64,000 nucleotides of DNA. Source: an uncultured Candidatus Rokubacteria bacterium (GTDB lineage Bacteria; Methylomirabilota; Methylomirabilia; Rokubacteriales; CSP1-6). The translations under genes and the position numbers were made by a program. How positions within the stretch are numbered: the first letter of the stretch is position 1; every line of letters begins with the position of its first letter. Shown piece after piece: positions 1-9,175 of this stretch. The stretch covers positions 192,001 to 256,000 of the forward strand of contig CAVWFS010000014.1 in NCBI GenBank assembly GCA_963754315.1, written 5' to 3'. Under the pieces are notes generated by a model that saw only the letters and a program-made list of their open reading frames with translations, did no database searches and had not been told where the DNA came from.

Positions 1-909
1 GCAGCCTTGCCCAAGACCGACGCCCTCGCCCTCTTCAATCAACCCGGGGGGAGCCTGATGTGGGTCAGTTTCTGGGTCATCGGAGCCGGTTTCGGGATGG
101 GCCGCTACGCCGGCCAAGTGACCGGCGTCCTCACACCGCCCGAGACGATCACGGCCGAGGAGATTCCCTGGGACGACAGGAATCCCGACGAGCGGCGCAA
201 GATGCAGCAGTGGGTGAAGATCGGCGGCTATAGTCTGATTCTCTGGTGGGCCATCATCGGTGGATTGCTGATGACCTACCTCTACTCGGTGGCCGGACTC
301 GCGTACCTGCACGAAGACTTCTTGAAGACGGGAAAGATCCCGAGTGGCGTGATGGTACCGATCCAGATGGCCACCATCGCTCAGGGCGTTCTCGGGCCCA
401 TGGCCGGCTGGCTGATGCTCCTCTTCATCATGGTGACGCTCTACGACGCCCAGTTCCCTCTCTATGACACGTTCGTCGGACGCACGACCTGCGACGCCAT
501 CGCCGTCACGACGGACTGGGAGAAACGACGTCCGTACCGCTTTTACTACTTCGTCGTGGTGACGGCAGCCGTGCTGGCCGGCTTCTATCTGATCACCATC
601 GCGCAGCCGTTCATTCTCTGGATCGGGGTGGCCATCTCGGCCCTCGTGTATCGATCCATCGGCGCTTGGCAAATCCTGTTGCTCAACAACCGACGGCTGC
701 CGGATGGCTTCAAGGTGAGCACGCTCAATACGTGGCTCTTGTGGATCACGGTGGTGACTGGCTTCGGCGGCGTCGGCACCTGGGCCGTGACCGTGCTTCC
801 CGCAGGAGCTCTGCAAGAACTACAAGATCCTTTGTCCGTAGTGATCGCGCGAGGTCCGGACGGCGCCGTGGGCGGCTGGCCGGACCTCGCCTCCCTCCCG
901 TTATCCTGA
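1..909 (+). CDS. Nramp/YcsG-like multi-pass membrane transporter, 5'-truncated by the window edge; true stop may be TAG 839-841 if there is a +1 indel near 801
   Basis: Several hydrophobic helices with Gly-rich segments. Removing one base near 801 gives the C-terminus VLPQELCKNYKILCP* and a TAGTG overlap with the next gene. Confidence 0.55.
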   Translation, partial: AALPKTDALALFNQPGGSLMWVSFWVIGAGFGMGRYAGQVTGVLTPPETITAEEIPWDDRNPDERRKMQQWVKIGGYSLILWWAIIGGLLMTYLYSVAGLAYLHEDFLKTGKIPSGVMVPIQMATIAQGVLGPMAGWLMLLFIMVTLYDAQFPLYDTFVGRTTCDAIAVTTDWEKRRPYRFYYFVVVTAAVLAGFYLITIAQPFILWIGVAISALVYRSIGAWQILLLNNRRLPDGFKVSTLNTWLLWITVVTGFGGVGTWAVTVLPAGALQELQDPLSVVIARGPDGAVGGWPDLASLPLS

Positions 910-1103
910 TGGCGATCCTGTGGGTTGCCTTGATGGTGCTATGGCTGGCCGGTCTCCTCTTTGGAGTCTGGTGGGTCTGGCCTCACGTCGAGCGCATGAA
1001 GATCACCGCTGACTTGATCATCTCCCTCGTCTGGCTGGTCATTGGGGGCGCCGCCTGGGTGGTGGCGCTGAACATGGGGATCCAGCGTTACTGGCGACGA
1101 TGA
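909..1103 (+). CDS. Small two-TM membrane protein (may start at GTG 841 if the C-run at 897-899 lacks one C)
   Basis: MAILWVALMVLWLAGLLFGVWWVWP...LIISLVWLVIGGAAWVVAL...RYWRR; TGATG overlap with the upstream ORF. Confidence 0.6.
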   Translation: MAILWVALMVLWLAGLLFGVWWVWPHVERMKITADLIISLVWLVIGGAAWVVALNMGIQRYWRR

Positions 1104-1120
1104 GACCGGCCCGGTCGGCC

Positions 1121-3094
1121 TCAGCGCCCGAGCATGGCGCGCACGAGTGAGGGGCCGTGCTCCCAGGCCACCAGCATCACGCCCATCAGGCTCTCCCCGG
1201 CAATCCAGCCCGAGGCCACCGGAAAGGTGAACTCCTGCGCCCACGCCGGGTGCTTTCGTTCGACCCACCAGCCGAGCGCGCCACCCAGGAAGAAGAGCAG
1301 CCCGTAGTACCAGTGAAAGGTCCAGGCCAGCCCCACTCCGGCGGCCGAGGGAATGAGGTGCTGGCGCCTCGGAAACATCTGTGTCAATCCGGTCAGCACG
1401 ATTCCGACCAGCGCGCCGCCGACGATGGACCAGATCTTGACCTGCCCCAGGTCCGCGATCCCGTGCGACAACGCAAGGGCCACGGCGCGCCAGGTCTGAG
1501 CAGCCGGCGCGGGAAACTGATCCGACCCCAGCACGCTCGCGTCCGGCACCAGGAGCCTGAAAGCCAGTACGGTCACGATGGTGCCCACGAAGATGCCGGC
1601 AAACTGCGCGATGAACTGCTGGCGTGGGTTGGCGCCGAGCAGGTAGCCGCTCTTGAGATCGGTCAACAGGTCGGCGCTGCTGCCGGCGGCGGCCGCGGTG
1701 ACATTGGCGCTCATGAGGTTCACGTCCACGTTGCCCGGGCTCACTACCCCAAAGGTGAGCTGCGTGATCTTCCCCATGGCGCCCACCGGCGTGGTATCCG
1801 TTTCGCCGGTCACGCGGCAGGCCACCAGGGCTAGCACGAACGAAAGGAGCACCGCGACTGCCGTCTGCCAGTACGGCATACCGAAGGTGCGATGGCCGAG
1901 CCAGGCCAGCCCGACGAGCCCGACCACTTGGCCCCAGAGGAACCAGGAGCCCGGAGTCTCGATGGCCGCAGTCGGGTCGTCGACGCGCCGACGACCGACA
2001 CCAAGCATGGCGCCCAGATCGGCGAAGGCGCGCAGGGCGGTTCGCCACTGCAGGGCAAAGGAGAGCAGGCTCGCGCTGACCATGCAGGCCACGCCGCCCC
2101 AGAGCGTCCACTGCACCAGCGCGGCGTAGCCGGTGCCCTCGATGAGACCTCCCCCCTGCAGCGCGGGCACGAAGATCATCCAGGCCGTCACGCTTCCGAG
2201 GAGCATGCTCCAGCCCACGCGGAGTCCCGTGATGGCGCCGGCCGCGATGAACATGGGCTCCCACGAAATCATCACCGTCCGCCCCATCCAGACGGGTCCG
2301 AACAGGCGCTGGTTGAGGGTCGCCATCCACGATCCGATCATGAGCGGCGCGAGTTTCGCACTGACCAGTGACACGCCCTCGGCCCAGAGCTTCCCGACCA
2401 TCGCCAGCCCCGCTGCCCAGGCAAGAGCGCGCGCCGACCGCATGCCCTGGCCAGCCGTCGAGTGGAGCGCGCGCAGGGTCTCGGCCGCGGCGATGCCGCT
2501 CGGGAAGCGCAGCTGCTCGATGTTGATCATCTGCCGCTTCATGGGGATGGCCATGGTCACGCCGAGCACGGCGAGCAGGAAGACCCACCCGAGCATGAGC
2601 GGCAGCGACATCGTCGCGTTGCTGATGAGCATCCAGGCGGCGAAGGCCGAGATCAAGGTGCCGCCCGTCGAGTAGCCGGCGGAGCTGGCCGTCGACTGCA
2701 TGCAATTGTTCTCGAGGATGGTCATGGGAGTCCGCACGATGCCGGCGCGGTGCAATCCCGTCCAGATGGCATAGGAGAGGATGCACGCGGTGATGGCGAC
2801 CCCGAATCCCCACCCCGCCTTGAGCCCGATATAGAGGTTGGTGAGCGAGAGCACCCCGCCCAACAGCGATCCCATGAGCACAGCGCGCCAGGTGAGCTGC
2901 GCCATCGAGTCGCCGCGCCCGCGGTAGACCTGCTCGTACCACTGCCGCTCGATTTCCTCGGGGGTGCCTCGGAAGCCGTGGACGGGCACGGGAGAAAGTT
3001 CATGGCGGGCGCCGCCCCCGGTCGGCGGTGACGTCACCGCCGACGTCGGCTCAGCGTTCTCGGTGATGGTGCCGGGCTCGAGATCTTTGCTCAC
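1121..3094 (-). CDS. OPT-family oligopeptide transporter
   Basis: QLTWRAV..G...NLYIGLKAGW, ENNCMQSTAS, LRFPSGIAAAETL, DLKSGYLLGANPRQQ, FPAPAA, ASGWIAGESL; GAGGAG before GTG 3094. Confidence 0.92.
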   Translation of the reverse strand: MSKDLEPGTITENAEPTSAVTSPPTGGGARHELSPVPVHGFRGTPEEIERQWYEQVYRGRGDSMAQLTWRAVLMGSLLGGVLSLTNLYIGLKAGWGFGVAITACILSYAIWTGLHRAGIVRTPMTILENNCMQSTASSAGYSTGGTLISAFAAWMLISNATMSLPLMLGWVFLLAVLGVTMAIPMKRQMINIEQLRFPSGIAAAETLRALHSTAGQGMRSARALAWAAGLAMVGKLWAEGVSLVSAKLAPLMIGSWMATLNQRLFGPVWMGRTVMISWEPMFIAAGAITGLRVGWSMLLGSVTAWMIFVPALQGGGLIEGTGYAALVQWTLWGGVACMVSASLLSFALQWRTALRAFADLGAMLGVGRRRVDDPTAAIETPGSWFLWGQVVGLVGLAWLGHRTFGMPYWQTAVAVLLSFVLALVACRVTGETDTTPVGAMGKITQLTFGVVSPGNVDVNLMSANVTAAAAGSSADLLTDLKSGYLLGANPRQQFIAQFAGIFVGTIVTVLAFRLLVPDASVLGSDQFPAPAAQTWRAVALALSHGIADLGQVKIWSIVGGALVGIVLTGLTQMFPRRQHLIPSAAGVGLAWTFHWYYGLLFFLGGALGWWVERKHPAWAQEFTFPVASGWIAGESLMGVMLVAWEHGPSLVRAMLGR

Positions 3095-3173
3095 GACGCT
3101 CCTCGGGGCGAGCATGCAACTGCGCGAGACGGCGCGGGCGATGCGGCCAGGGTAGTGTATCCATCGAGCAACG

Positions 3174-3202
3174 TTGACGTTCGGGAGGTCACCTCGTAAG
3201 GT
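3174..3202 (+). promoter_or_regulatory. Sigma70-type promoter, probably giving a leaderless Uma2 mRNA
   Basis: TTGACG-17 nt-TAAGGT; ATG 7 nt after the -10; no Shine-Dalgarno. Confidence 0.6.
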
Positions 3203-3209
3203 GAGCGCC

Positions 3210-3812
3210 ATGAGGCAGGCGCCCTTGACACTCCGCCGCTGGACGAGGGGGGAATACGAGCGGCTCGTGGACCTCGGGATCTTCCATGGCGAGCCGCTCG
3301 AGCTGATCGGAGGCCAGCTCGTGGTGGCCGAGCCTCAAGGCAGCTATCACTCGAGCGGCCTCGGGTCGGCCGCCGATGTGTTGCGCGCCGCCCTGCCGCC
3401 GGGTTGGCTGGTCAGGGTTCAGATGCCGGTCGCACTCGACGACGAGTCCGAACCGGAACCCGATGTGGCCCTGGTACCAGGCGCCTGGGCCGACTACCGC
3501 AGCGCCCACCCGGGCCGGCCTGCGCTCGTCATCGAGGCGTCGGTGTCGAGCCTCGATTTCGATCGTCGCGACAAGGGAAGCCTCTACGCCCGGGCCGGCT
3601 TGCGGGACTATTGGATCCTGGATCTCGTCGCGCGTTTCCTCGAGGTTTATCGCGACCCCGCTCCTGATCCTGCGGCGCCCTACGGTTGGCGTTATCAGTC
3701 GCTCGACCGGCTAGTGCCTCCGGCCACTGTCTCACCGCTGGCACTGCCATCGGTGCGCATCCCCGTCCGTGATCTTCTGCCGCAGGAGCACCCGATGGAC
3801 CCGACCTTGTAA
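3210..3812 (+). CDS. Uma2 (DUF820) family PD-(D/E)xK endonuclease-like protein
   Basis: RRWTRGEYERL, LELIGGQL, EPEPDVALV, LVIEASVSSLDFDRRDKGSLYARAGLRDYWILDL. Confidence 0.92.
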   Translation: MRQAPLTLRRWTRGEYERLVDLGIFHGEPLELIGGQLVVAEPQGSYHSSGLGSAADVLRAALPPGWLVRVQMPVALDDESEPEPDVALVPGAWADYRSAHPGRPALVIEASVSSLDFDRRDKGSLYARAGLRDYWILDLVARFLEVYRDPAPDPAAPYGWRYQSLDRLVPPATVSPLALPSVRIPVRDLLPQEHPMDPTL

Positions 3813-3826
3813 GGGCCCTAACCGCC

Positions 3827-5293
3827 TCAGCCCCCGTTGGCGAGAAGCTTCGCGACCGCTCCCTCTACCACCGTCCCCTTGAAGAAGTCGGGGTTGAGGG
3901 CAGTGTGTAGCCGGACGGGATTGGCGAAGACGAACTCCCGGAAGTCCTCCTCGCTCACCAGCCCGTGCTCGACCAGCTCGTGGGCTTCTTCCAGCACCTC
4001 GCTCATATCGACCACGTCAAAGTGGCCAACGTCGGAGGAGAAGATCGGCCGCAGCCGGTGATGTCCGCGCCGGTCGAATGCCCACGCCGTGATGGGGTCG
4101 TCCGCCTCGCACCCGAAATAGAAGCGCTCGCCGAAGTGTCGCCGCAACTCGTCGGCTGACCCGACGGGCACCTCGGCGAAATCGTCGAACTTCTGCTGGT
4201 AGGCGCGCTCGGTCAACTCCTCCGGCGTCTTGAACGCCTCGGCCAGATTGATGCAGCGGAAGATCTCGTCGGTCTTTTCCTCGTACGTGCGGCCGCCGTA
4301 CTCCCGGAAGAGATCCTTGAGGCGCTGCAGATCGAGATTGGTCGGCCGCGTCTGGCTTTCCATGGCCGCGCGACGCCGCTTTTCCCAGTGGCCCACCAGG
4401 TCGGTGATCAGGTTGCAGGCCCAGCCCACCCCGCCTTCCAGGAAGGCGAAGCGCAGCTGCGGGAAGCGGTGGGTGACCCCGCCCAGGATGAGCGCCTTGG
4501 CGAAGGCGTGGCTCGCATTGGCGAAATGGCCGATGTGGTTGTAGGTAAATGACCACACCGATTCGCGCCAATGAGTACCCATGCTGCCCGAGTGGGCGGT
4601 GACGGCTACCTTCAGCTCGGCGCACTTCTCCCAGAAAGGATCGTAGTCGTATGCGCTCTCGAAGCCGAGCGAGTCCACGTAGGTGCGCATCTCGTTTGCC
4701 TCCGCGCCCTCGCGCATGAAGGCGGGTACGGGGCGGCGGACGTGGTTGGCGATCATCAGCACCTTGAGGCCGAGCTCGCGCACGGCGTAGGTCGCCTCCT
4801 CGATGGCCTCCTGAGGCGTGTGCATCGGCACCACGGCGGCGGGGGTGATGCGATGGGCATAGGGGCGGAACATCTCCGCGTTCATCCGGTTGACGGCACG
4901 CGACACCGCTCGCCGGATCTCCTCGTCGGGGTTCGAGACGTAGAAGAGCCCGAGCGAGGTATAGAGGACGCAAAAGTCGAGCCCGAAGTCGTCCAGCCGC
5001 TCGTAGAAGAGCCGCGGCACCATGGCCGTGGCTCGGTCGAGGGTGCTGGCCGGCTCGCCCCACCAGGTGGGCCGGTGAATCCGCCGGCGCATTCGCTCGT
5101 CGGGCGGCAGGTCGTACCAGGTCGTCTCGCTTGCCTTCTTCACGAACCGATCCACCACCGATGGCCCGGCCACGTCACGCAGGTAGTCGAGGAAGATGGG
5201 GATCGGCTCCAGCCAGTGGCCGTCGCCATCGATGACGGGATGATCGAGACGCGACCGCACGGCCGCCGACTTGGAGTTCTTCGTGTATGCCAT
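3827..5293 (-). CDS. Amidohydrolase_2-family metal-dependent hydrolase/decarboxylase
   Basis: IDGDGHWLE, YDPFWEKC, GVTHRFPQLRFAFLEGGVGW, FSSDVGHFD; AGGAGG RBS. Confidence 0.88.
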   Translation of the reverse strand: MAYTKNSKSAAVRSRLDHPVIDGDGHWLEPIPIFLDYLRDVAGPSVVDRFVKKASETTWYDLPPDERMRRRIHRPTWWGEPASTLDRATAMVPRLFYERLDDFGLDFCVLYTSLGLFYVSNPDEEIRRAVSRAVNRMNAEMFRPYAHRITPAAVVPMHTPQEAIEEATYAVRELGLKVLMIANHVRRPVPAFMREGAEANEMRTYVDSLGFESAYDYDPFWEKCAELKVAVTAHSGSMGTHWRESVWSFTYNHIGHFANASHAFAKALILGGVTHRFPQLRFAFLEGGVGWACNLITDLVGHWEKRRRAAMESQTRPTNLDLQRLKDLFREYGGRTYEEKTDEIFRCINLAEAFKTPEELTERAYQQKFDDFAEVPVGSADELRRHFGERFYFGCEADDPITAWAFDRRGHHRLRPIFSSDVGHFDVVDMSEVLEEAHELVEHGLVSEEDFREFVFANPVRLHTALNPDFFKGTVVEGAVAKLLANGG

Positions 5294-5337
5294 CGCTCGC
5301 CTCCTGTGGGAAGTGGGAGCCCCGACAACTGTTCGGG

Positions 5338-5784
5338 CTAGGCGGTCCTATCGCCGTTACCCCGGCCTCTGATGAGCGCGTCGATTCGGGCGATGAGAGC
5401 CCTGATGTCTGCGGAGACGGCCTTGACGTCCGCGGAGACGGCCTTGACGTCCGCGGAGACAGCCCTGACGTCGGTGGACATAGCCCGCTGGCCCTCCACC
5501 AGCAGCCGTTGGCCTTCGACCACGGCGTGCAGCACCTGCTGAGTCTCCAGGTGTTGCTCTCGGGAGCGCAGATCGAGCTGGGCGAACCGCTCCTCCTGGA
5601 GCCGATTGCCTTCTCGCAGCAGACGGACCATCTCCTCGCTCGTCTCACGCGTGGGCAGGCTACGGAACCCGCTGACAAGGGTTACCTTCAGGTCGGCGAA
5701 CCCCGCGCGCATCTCCGCGAACCCACGGGCGAGGTCGTCGTGCAGGGTGTCGAGGGTCACAACTCCTGGGCTTCGCTCAGCCAT
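5338..5784 (-). CDS. Hypothetical coiled-coil protein with tandem heptad repeats
   Basis: VVEGQRLLVEGQRAM...DVRAVSADVKAVSADVKAVSADIRALIARIDAL. Confidence 0.7.
   Translation of the reverse strand: MAERSPGVVTLDTLHDDLARGFAEMRAGFADLKVTLVSGFRSLPTRETSEEMVRLLREGNRLQEERFAQLDLRSREQHLETQQVLHAVVEGQRLLVEGQRAMSTDVRAVSADVKAVSADVKAVSADIRALIARIDALIRGRGNGDRTA
5411..5473. repeat. Three tandem 21-bp units encoding DV(K/R)AVSA heptads
   Basis: gcggagacggccttgacgtcc twice exactly, then gcggagacagccctgacgtcg. Confidence 0.95.
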
Positions 5785-5937
5785 TCGATGGCTCTCGGAC
5801 CGACGCTATCACGTCCTGCGTGCCGAGAAAATGTCTCCAATTCCAGACAGCTGCCGTGGTGTTACCACCTCACCGTGCTCAGAGCAGGATCCCCGAAGGG
5901 GTGGCGGCGCTCGCCCTGCCCACGCCGTTTCCGTCGG

Positions 5938-6783
5938 CTAGTTCTTGACCGAGCCGGCGGTGAGGCCGGCCACGTAGTGCTCGACGAAGAACGAATAGAT
6001 GACGGCCACCGGGACGGACCCCAGGAGGGCGGCCGCCATGAGCTGCCCCCAGTAAAAGACGTCGCCCCGGATAAGCTCGGTGATGGCGCCCACCGGCACC
6101 GTCCGCACCTCGCTCTTGGTGAGAAAGATCAGCGCGTAGAGGAACTCGTTCTGGGCCAACGTGAAGGCAAAGATTCCCGCGGAGAGCAGGCCCGGCGTGC
6201 ACAGCGGCAACACCACCCGCGTCATTGCCTGAAAGCGGGATGCCCCGTCGATACGCGCCGCTTCCTCCAGCTCGCGGGGCACGCTCTTGAAGTAGCCCAT
6301 GAGCAACCAAGCGCAGAAGGGTATGAGCAAGGTGGGGTAGGTCAGCATGACGGCCGAGAGCGTGTTGCCGAGGCCGAGCGTGTTGATGATGTCGGCCATC
6401 GGGATGAACAGCAGCGGTTGGGGAACCAGGTAGGTGGCGGCGACCCCGATGGCCACCAGGGCAGCTCCCGGAAAGTTCATCCGGGCGAGCGGATAGCCGG
6501 TCATCACGCCGAGCACCAGCGAGATGATCGTGGTGACCACGGCCACCAGCATCGTGTTGTACGTCCAGGTGAGAAAGTTGGTCTGCTCGAAGAGGTCGAT
6601 GTAGTGCTTGAGCGTTGGCTGATGGACGACGAGCGGCATGATCCGCTGACTGTACAGCTCGCGGTTCGGCTTGATGGAGGTGACGGCCATCCAGTAGAAG
6701 GGGAACAGCATGGCCACCAGGAACAGCGCGAGCGGCACGTAGATCCGCAGACATCGTCCCAGCAGCCCGCGCCCGCCCACCAT
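5938..6783 (-). CDS. Carbohydrate ABC transporter permease (MalG-like)
   Basis: EAA loop PRELEEAARIDGAS; six TM segments. Confidence 0.93.
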   Translation of the reverse strand: MVGGRGLLGRCLRIYVPLALFLVAMLFPFYWMAVTSIKPNRELYSQRIMPLVVHQPTLKHYIDLFEQTNFLTWTYNTMLVAVVTTIISLVLGVMTGYPLARMNFPGAALVAIGVAATYLVPQPLLFIPMADIINTLGLGNTLSAVMLTYPTLLIPFCAWLLMGYFKSVPRELEEAARIDGASRFQAMTRVVLPLCTPGLLSAGIFAFTLAQNEFLYALIFLTKSEVRTVPVGAITELIRGDVFYWGQLMAAALLGSVPVAVIYSFFVEHYVAGLTAGSVKN

Positions 6784-7715
6784 CAGGCGCGCCGCAGGTA
6801 GAGGGTCAGGGCCACGATCAGCAGGGCCAGCGCGGGAAGCATGGCCAGGGCCACCGCCGCCCCCATCCCGAGCACACCCGCCGACATCCCGATATCGAAG
6901 GCGTAGGTGGCGAACAGGTGGGTCGCGTTGGCGGGACCGCCGTGGGTCAGCACATAGATGAGCTGGAAGTCGGAAAACGTGAAGATGATGGAGAACATGG
7001 TCACGATGATGAGGACGGGCTTGATGACGGGGATGGTGATGTGGCAGAAGCGCTGCCAGAGGCTGGCTCCATCGATGGCGGCCGCCTCGTAGAGATCAGG
7101 GGGAATCGTCTGCAATCCGGCCAGAAGGGTGATGCCGTAGAAGGGCAACCCGCGCCAGGTGTTGACCATGATGATCGACACCATGGCCAAGGTCGCATTG
7201 CCGAGCCACGAGAAGTTCTGGGTGACCAGCCCCGTGTTGCGCAAGGTCCAGTTGATGACACTGAAGGTGGGATCGAGGATCCACATCCAGGCCACGCTGG
7301 AGAGCACGGTCGGCACGATGAATGGCAGCAGCAGGAAGGCGCGCGCCAGATTGCGGCCGCGGAAGTACTGATTCATGACGAGGGCCATGGCCAGGCCGCC
7401 GACCATCTTGAGGATGGTCGCCGCGATGGTGTAGATGAAGGTGTTCCGGGTGACCTGCCAGAACACGGCATCCTGCAGCTGGGTCACGAAGTTGGCCAGG
7501 CCCACGAAGGTCCCTGGGCTGGCCACACGCCGGTCCTGCAGACTCAGGAAGATCCCGTAGAAGAACGGATAGGCGACGAAGGCCAGCAGGAACAGGACCC
7601 CCGGCGCCAGCATCACCCAGCTGAAGACGCCTTCCCGCTCGAGGACGCGCCGCCGCGTTGTCGCTCGGCCCGCCAGCGGCGCGGGCCGGGCGACCGACGC
7701 GGGACCGACAGCCAT
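6783..7715 (-). CDS. Carbohydrate ABC transporter permease (MalF-like)
   Basis: LAGLQTIPPDLYEAAAIDGAS, LTHGGPANAT; start taken at ATG 7715. Confidence 0.93.
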   Translation of the reverse strand: MAVGPASVARPAPLAGRATTRRRVLEREGVFSWVMLAPGVLFLLAFVAYPFFYGIFLSLQDRRVASPGTFVGLANFVTQLQDAVFWQVTRNTFIYTIAATILKMVGGLAMALVMNQYFRGRNLARAFLLLPFIVPTVLSSVAWMWILDPTFSVINWTLRNTGLVTQNFSWLGNATLAMVSIIMVNTWRGLPFYGITLLAGLQTIPPDLYEAAAIDGASLWQRFCHITIPVIKPVLIIVTMFSIIFTFSDFQLIYVLTHGGPANATHLFATYAFDIGMSAGVLGMGAAVALAMLPALALLIVALTLYLRRA

Positions 7716-7720
7716 GGGAC

Positions 7721-8992
7721 CTACTTCGCTTTGTAAATCTGCTTGAGCTGAGCGGCGGCGGTGGCGATGACGTCCTTGGTGGAATCGCCCCGGCATGCCT
7801 TGGCGAACATGTCGACGAGCACGTACTTGGCGACATTCTCCGACGCGGGCTGGCCGATCGGCCCTGGCCAGCAGTGTGGCCGGGACGTCTTGAGCGATTC
7901 CTTGTAGGGGAGGTAGCGCGGTTCGGCGTTCCACATCGGATGGTTGTCGTAGCCGTTCAGGAACGGCGCATAGTAGGCATCGGCCGAGACGAGCCAGCGC
8001 GACATCTGCTTGTCATCGTAGAGCCAGGTCAAGAACGCTTTGGCCGCCGCCTGGTCCGGGGCATGGACCATCACGGCATGGGACACCGCGTTCAAGACGT
8101 GGAAACGCCCCTTGGGCCCTTGCGGGTTGAGGGCATGATCGGTGACCTTGGCGATCTCGGGAAAGTCGCGCTTGCCTACCACGAGAATCGACGACGCATT
8201 GTTGGTGCACGAGATCTGCTCGCCGAAGAACGCCTTGTTGTTGTTCACGTCCGTCCAGCCCAGCACGTCCTCGAACATCGTCTCCTGGTAGAACTTGCGG
8301 CAGAAGTCGACGGCCTTGGCCGTCTCCGCCGAGTCGATGAGCACGGTCTTGCCGTCGTTGTCGACTTCCCGCGCGCCATACGACCAGAAGAGGGGGTACA
8401 GCCAGCCGTGGTTGTCGCCAAAGCCATGCCCGAGCTCGAAGCCGAAGGGGTGGCCCTTCTTCTTGAGGAGACGGCCGGCGGCGAGGAGATCTTCCCAGGT
8501 GTCGGGGAACTTGTTGACGCCGACTTCCTTGAACCAGTCGGTCCGGTAGACCTCGAGCTGGCCGATGTTGCCCCACGGCAGCGCCTTCCACTTCTTGTTC
8601 ACCACCACGACCTCAAGAACGTTCTCGTGCCATCCCCCCAGCTGCTTGCCAATGTTCCCCGCCACGTCGCTGACATCCACGAGGCTCTTGTCGAAGAGGT
8701 GCGGATGGTTGATGGCGGTCATCACGATCTCCGGGCCCGATTTCGTCTCGGCGATGGTGGTGAGCCGGGTGAGCATGCCGCCCACGCTGGTCGCCTCGTA
8801 CGTGATCTTGATCCCGGTATTCTTCTCGTACTCCGTGGCCAAGGTCTTCGCGAAATAGTCGTCGAATGGCTTGATGAACGAGCTCTCGCGGACGACGGTC
8901 ATGGACTTGGGCGCGGCGGCGGTCGGCCGGGGCAACATGGCGGCGCCGGCCACCGTGAGTGAACCGGCCAAGAATTCACGACGGGAGTTCAT
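7721..8992 (-). CDS. Extracellular solute-binding protein (family 1, sugar type) with Tat signal
   Basis: N-terminal SRREFL; YRTDWFKEVG...PDTWEDL; first gene of the permease operon. Confidence 0.9.
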   Translation of the reverse strand: MNSRREFLAGSLTVAGAAMLPRPTAAAPKSMTVVRESSFIKPFDDYFAKTLATEYEKNTGIKITYEATSVGGMLTRLTTIAETKSGPEIVMTAINHPHLFDKSLVDVSDVAGNIGKQLGGWHENVLEVVVVNKKWKALPWGNIGQLEVYRTDWFKEVGVNKFPDTWEDLLAAGRLLKKKGHPFGFELGHGFGDNHGWLYPLFWSYGAREVDNDGKTVLIDSAETAKAVDFCRKFYQETMFEDVLGWTDVNNNKAFFGEQISCTNNASSILVVGKRDFPEIAKVTDHALNPQGPKGRFHVLNAVSHAVMVHAPDQAAAKAFLTWLYDDKQMSRWLVSADAYYAPFLNGYDNHPMWNAEPRYLPYKESLKTSRPHCWPGPIGQPASENVAKYVLVDMFAKACRGDSTKDVIATAAAQLKQIYKAK

Positions 8993-9036
8993 TGAGCCCT
9001 CCACCTCTCGAGGATTGACAGCCCGAGGTCGTGGCG

Positions 9037-9065
9037 ATAATCACCCCCAGCCTGGGACGTGTCAA
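9037..9065 (-). promoter_or_regulatory. Sigma70-type promoter for the sugar ABC operon
   Basis: Minus strand TTGACA-17 nt-GATTAT. Confidence 0.55.
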
Positions 9066-9175
9066 GTCCGCGCGGGCGGACCTCGCTCCGAGAGGGACAT
9101 CACCAGTGGACCGTGTTGACACTCCGTGCACCGGTGTTGTCTAGTGAGGCACCCGTGCCCAGAGGAGACTTCCGT

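Noticed and set aside
3210..3812. Uma2, S1/P1 nuclease, PLD and cyclase as an anti-phage island
   Set aside because: They are scattered over more than 50 kb among metabolic genes, with no clustering or cognate effectors
5411..5473. Possible CRISPR array (also considered 52234-52380 and 61121-61190)
   Set aside because: No unique spacers, only 2-3 units, and no cas genes
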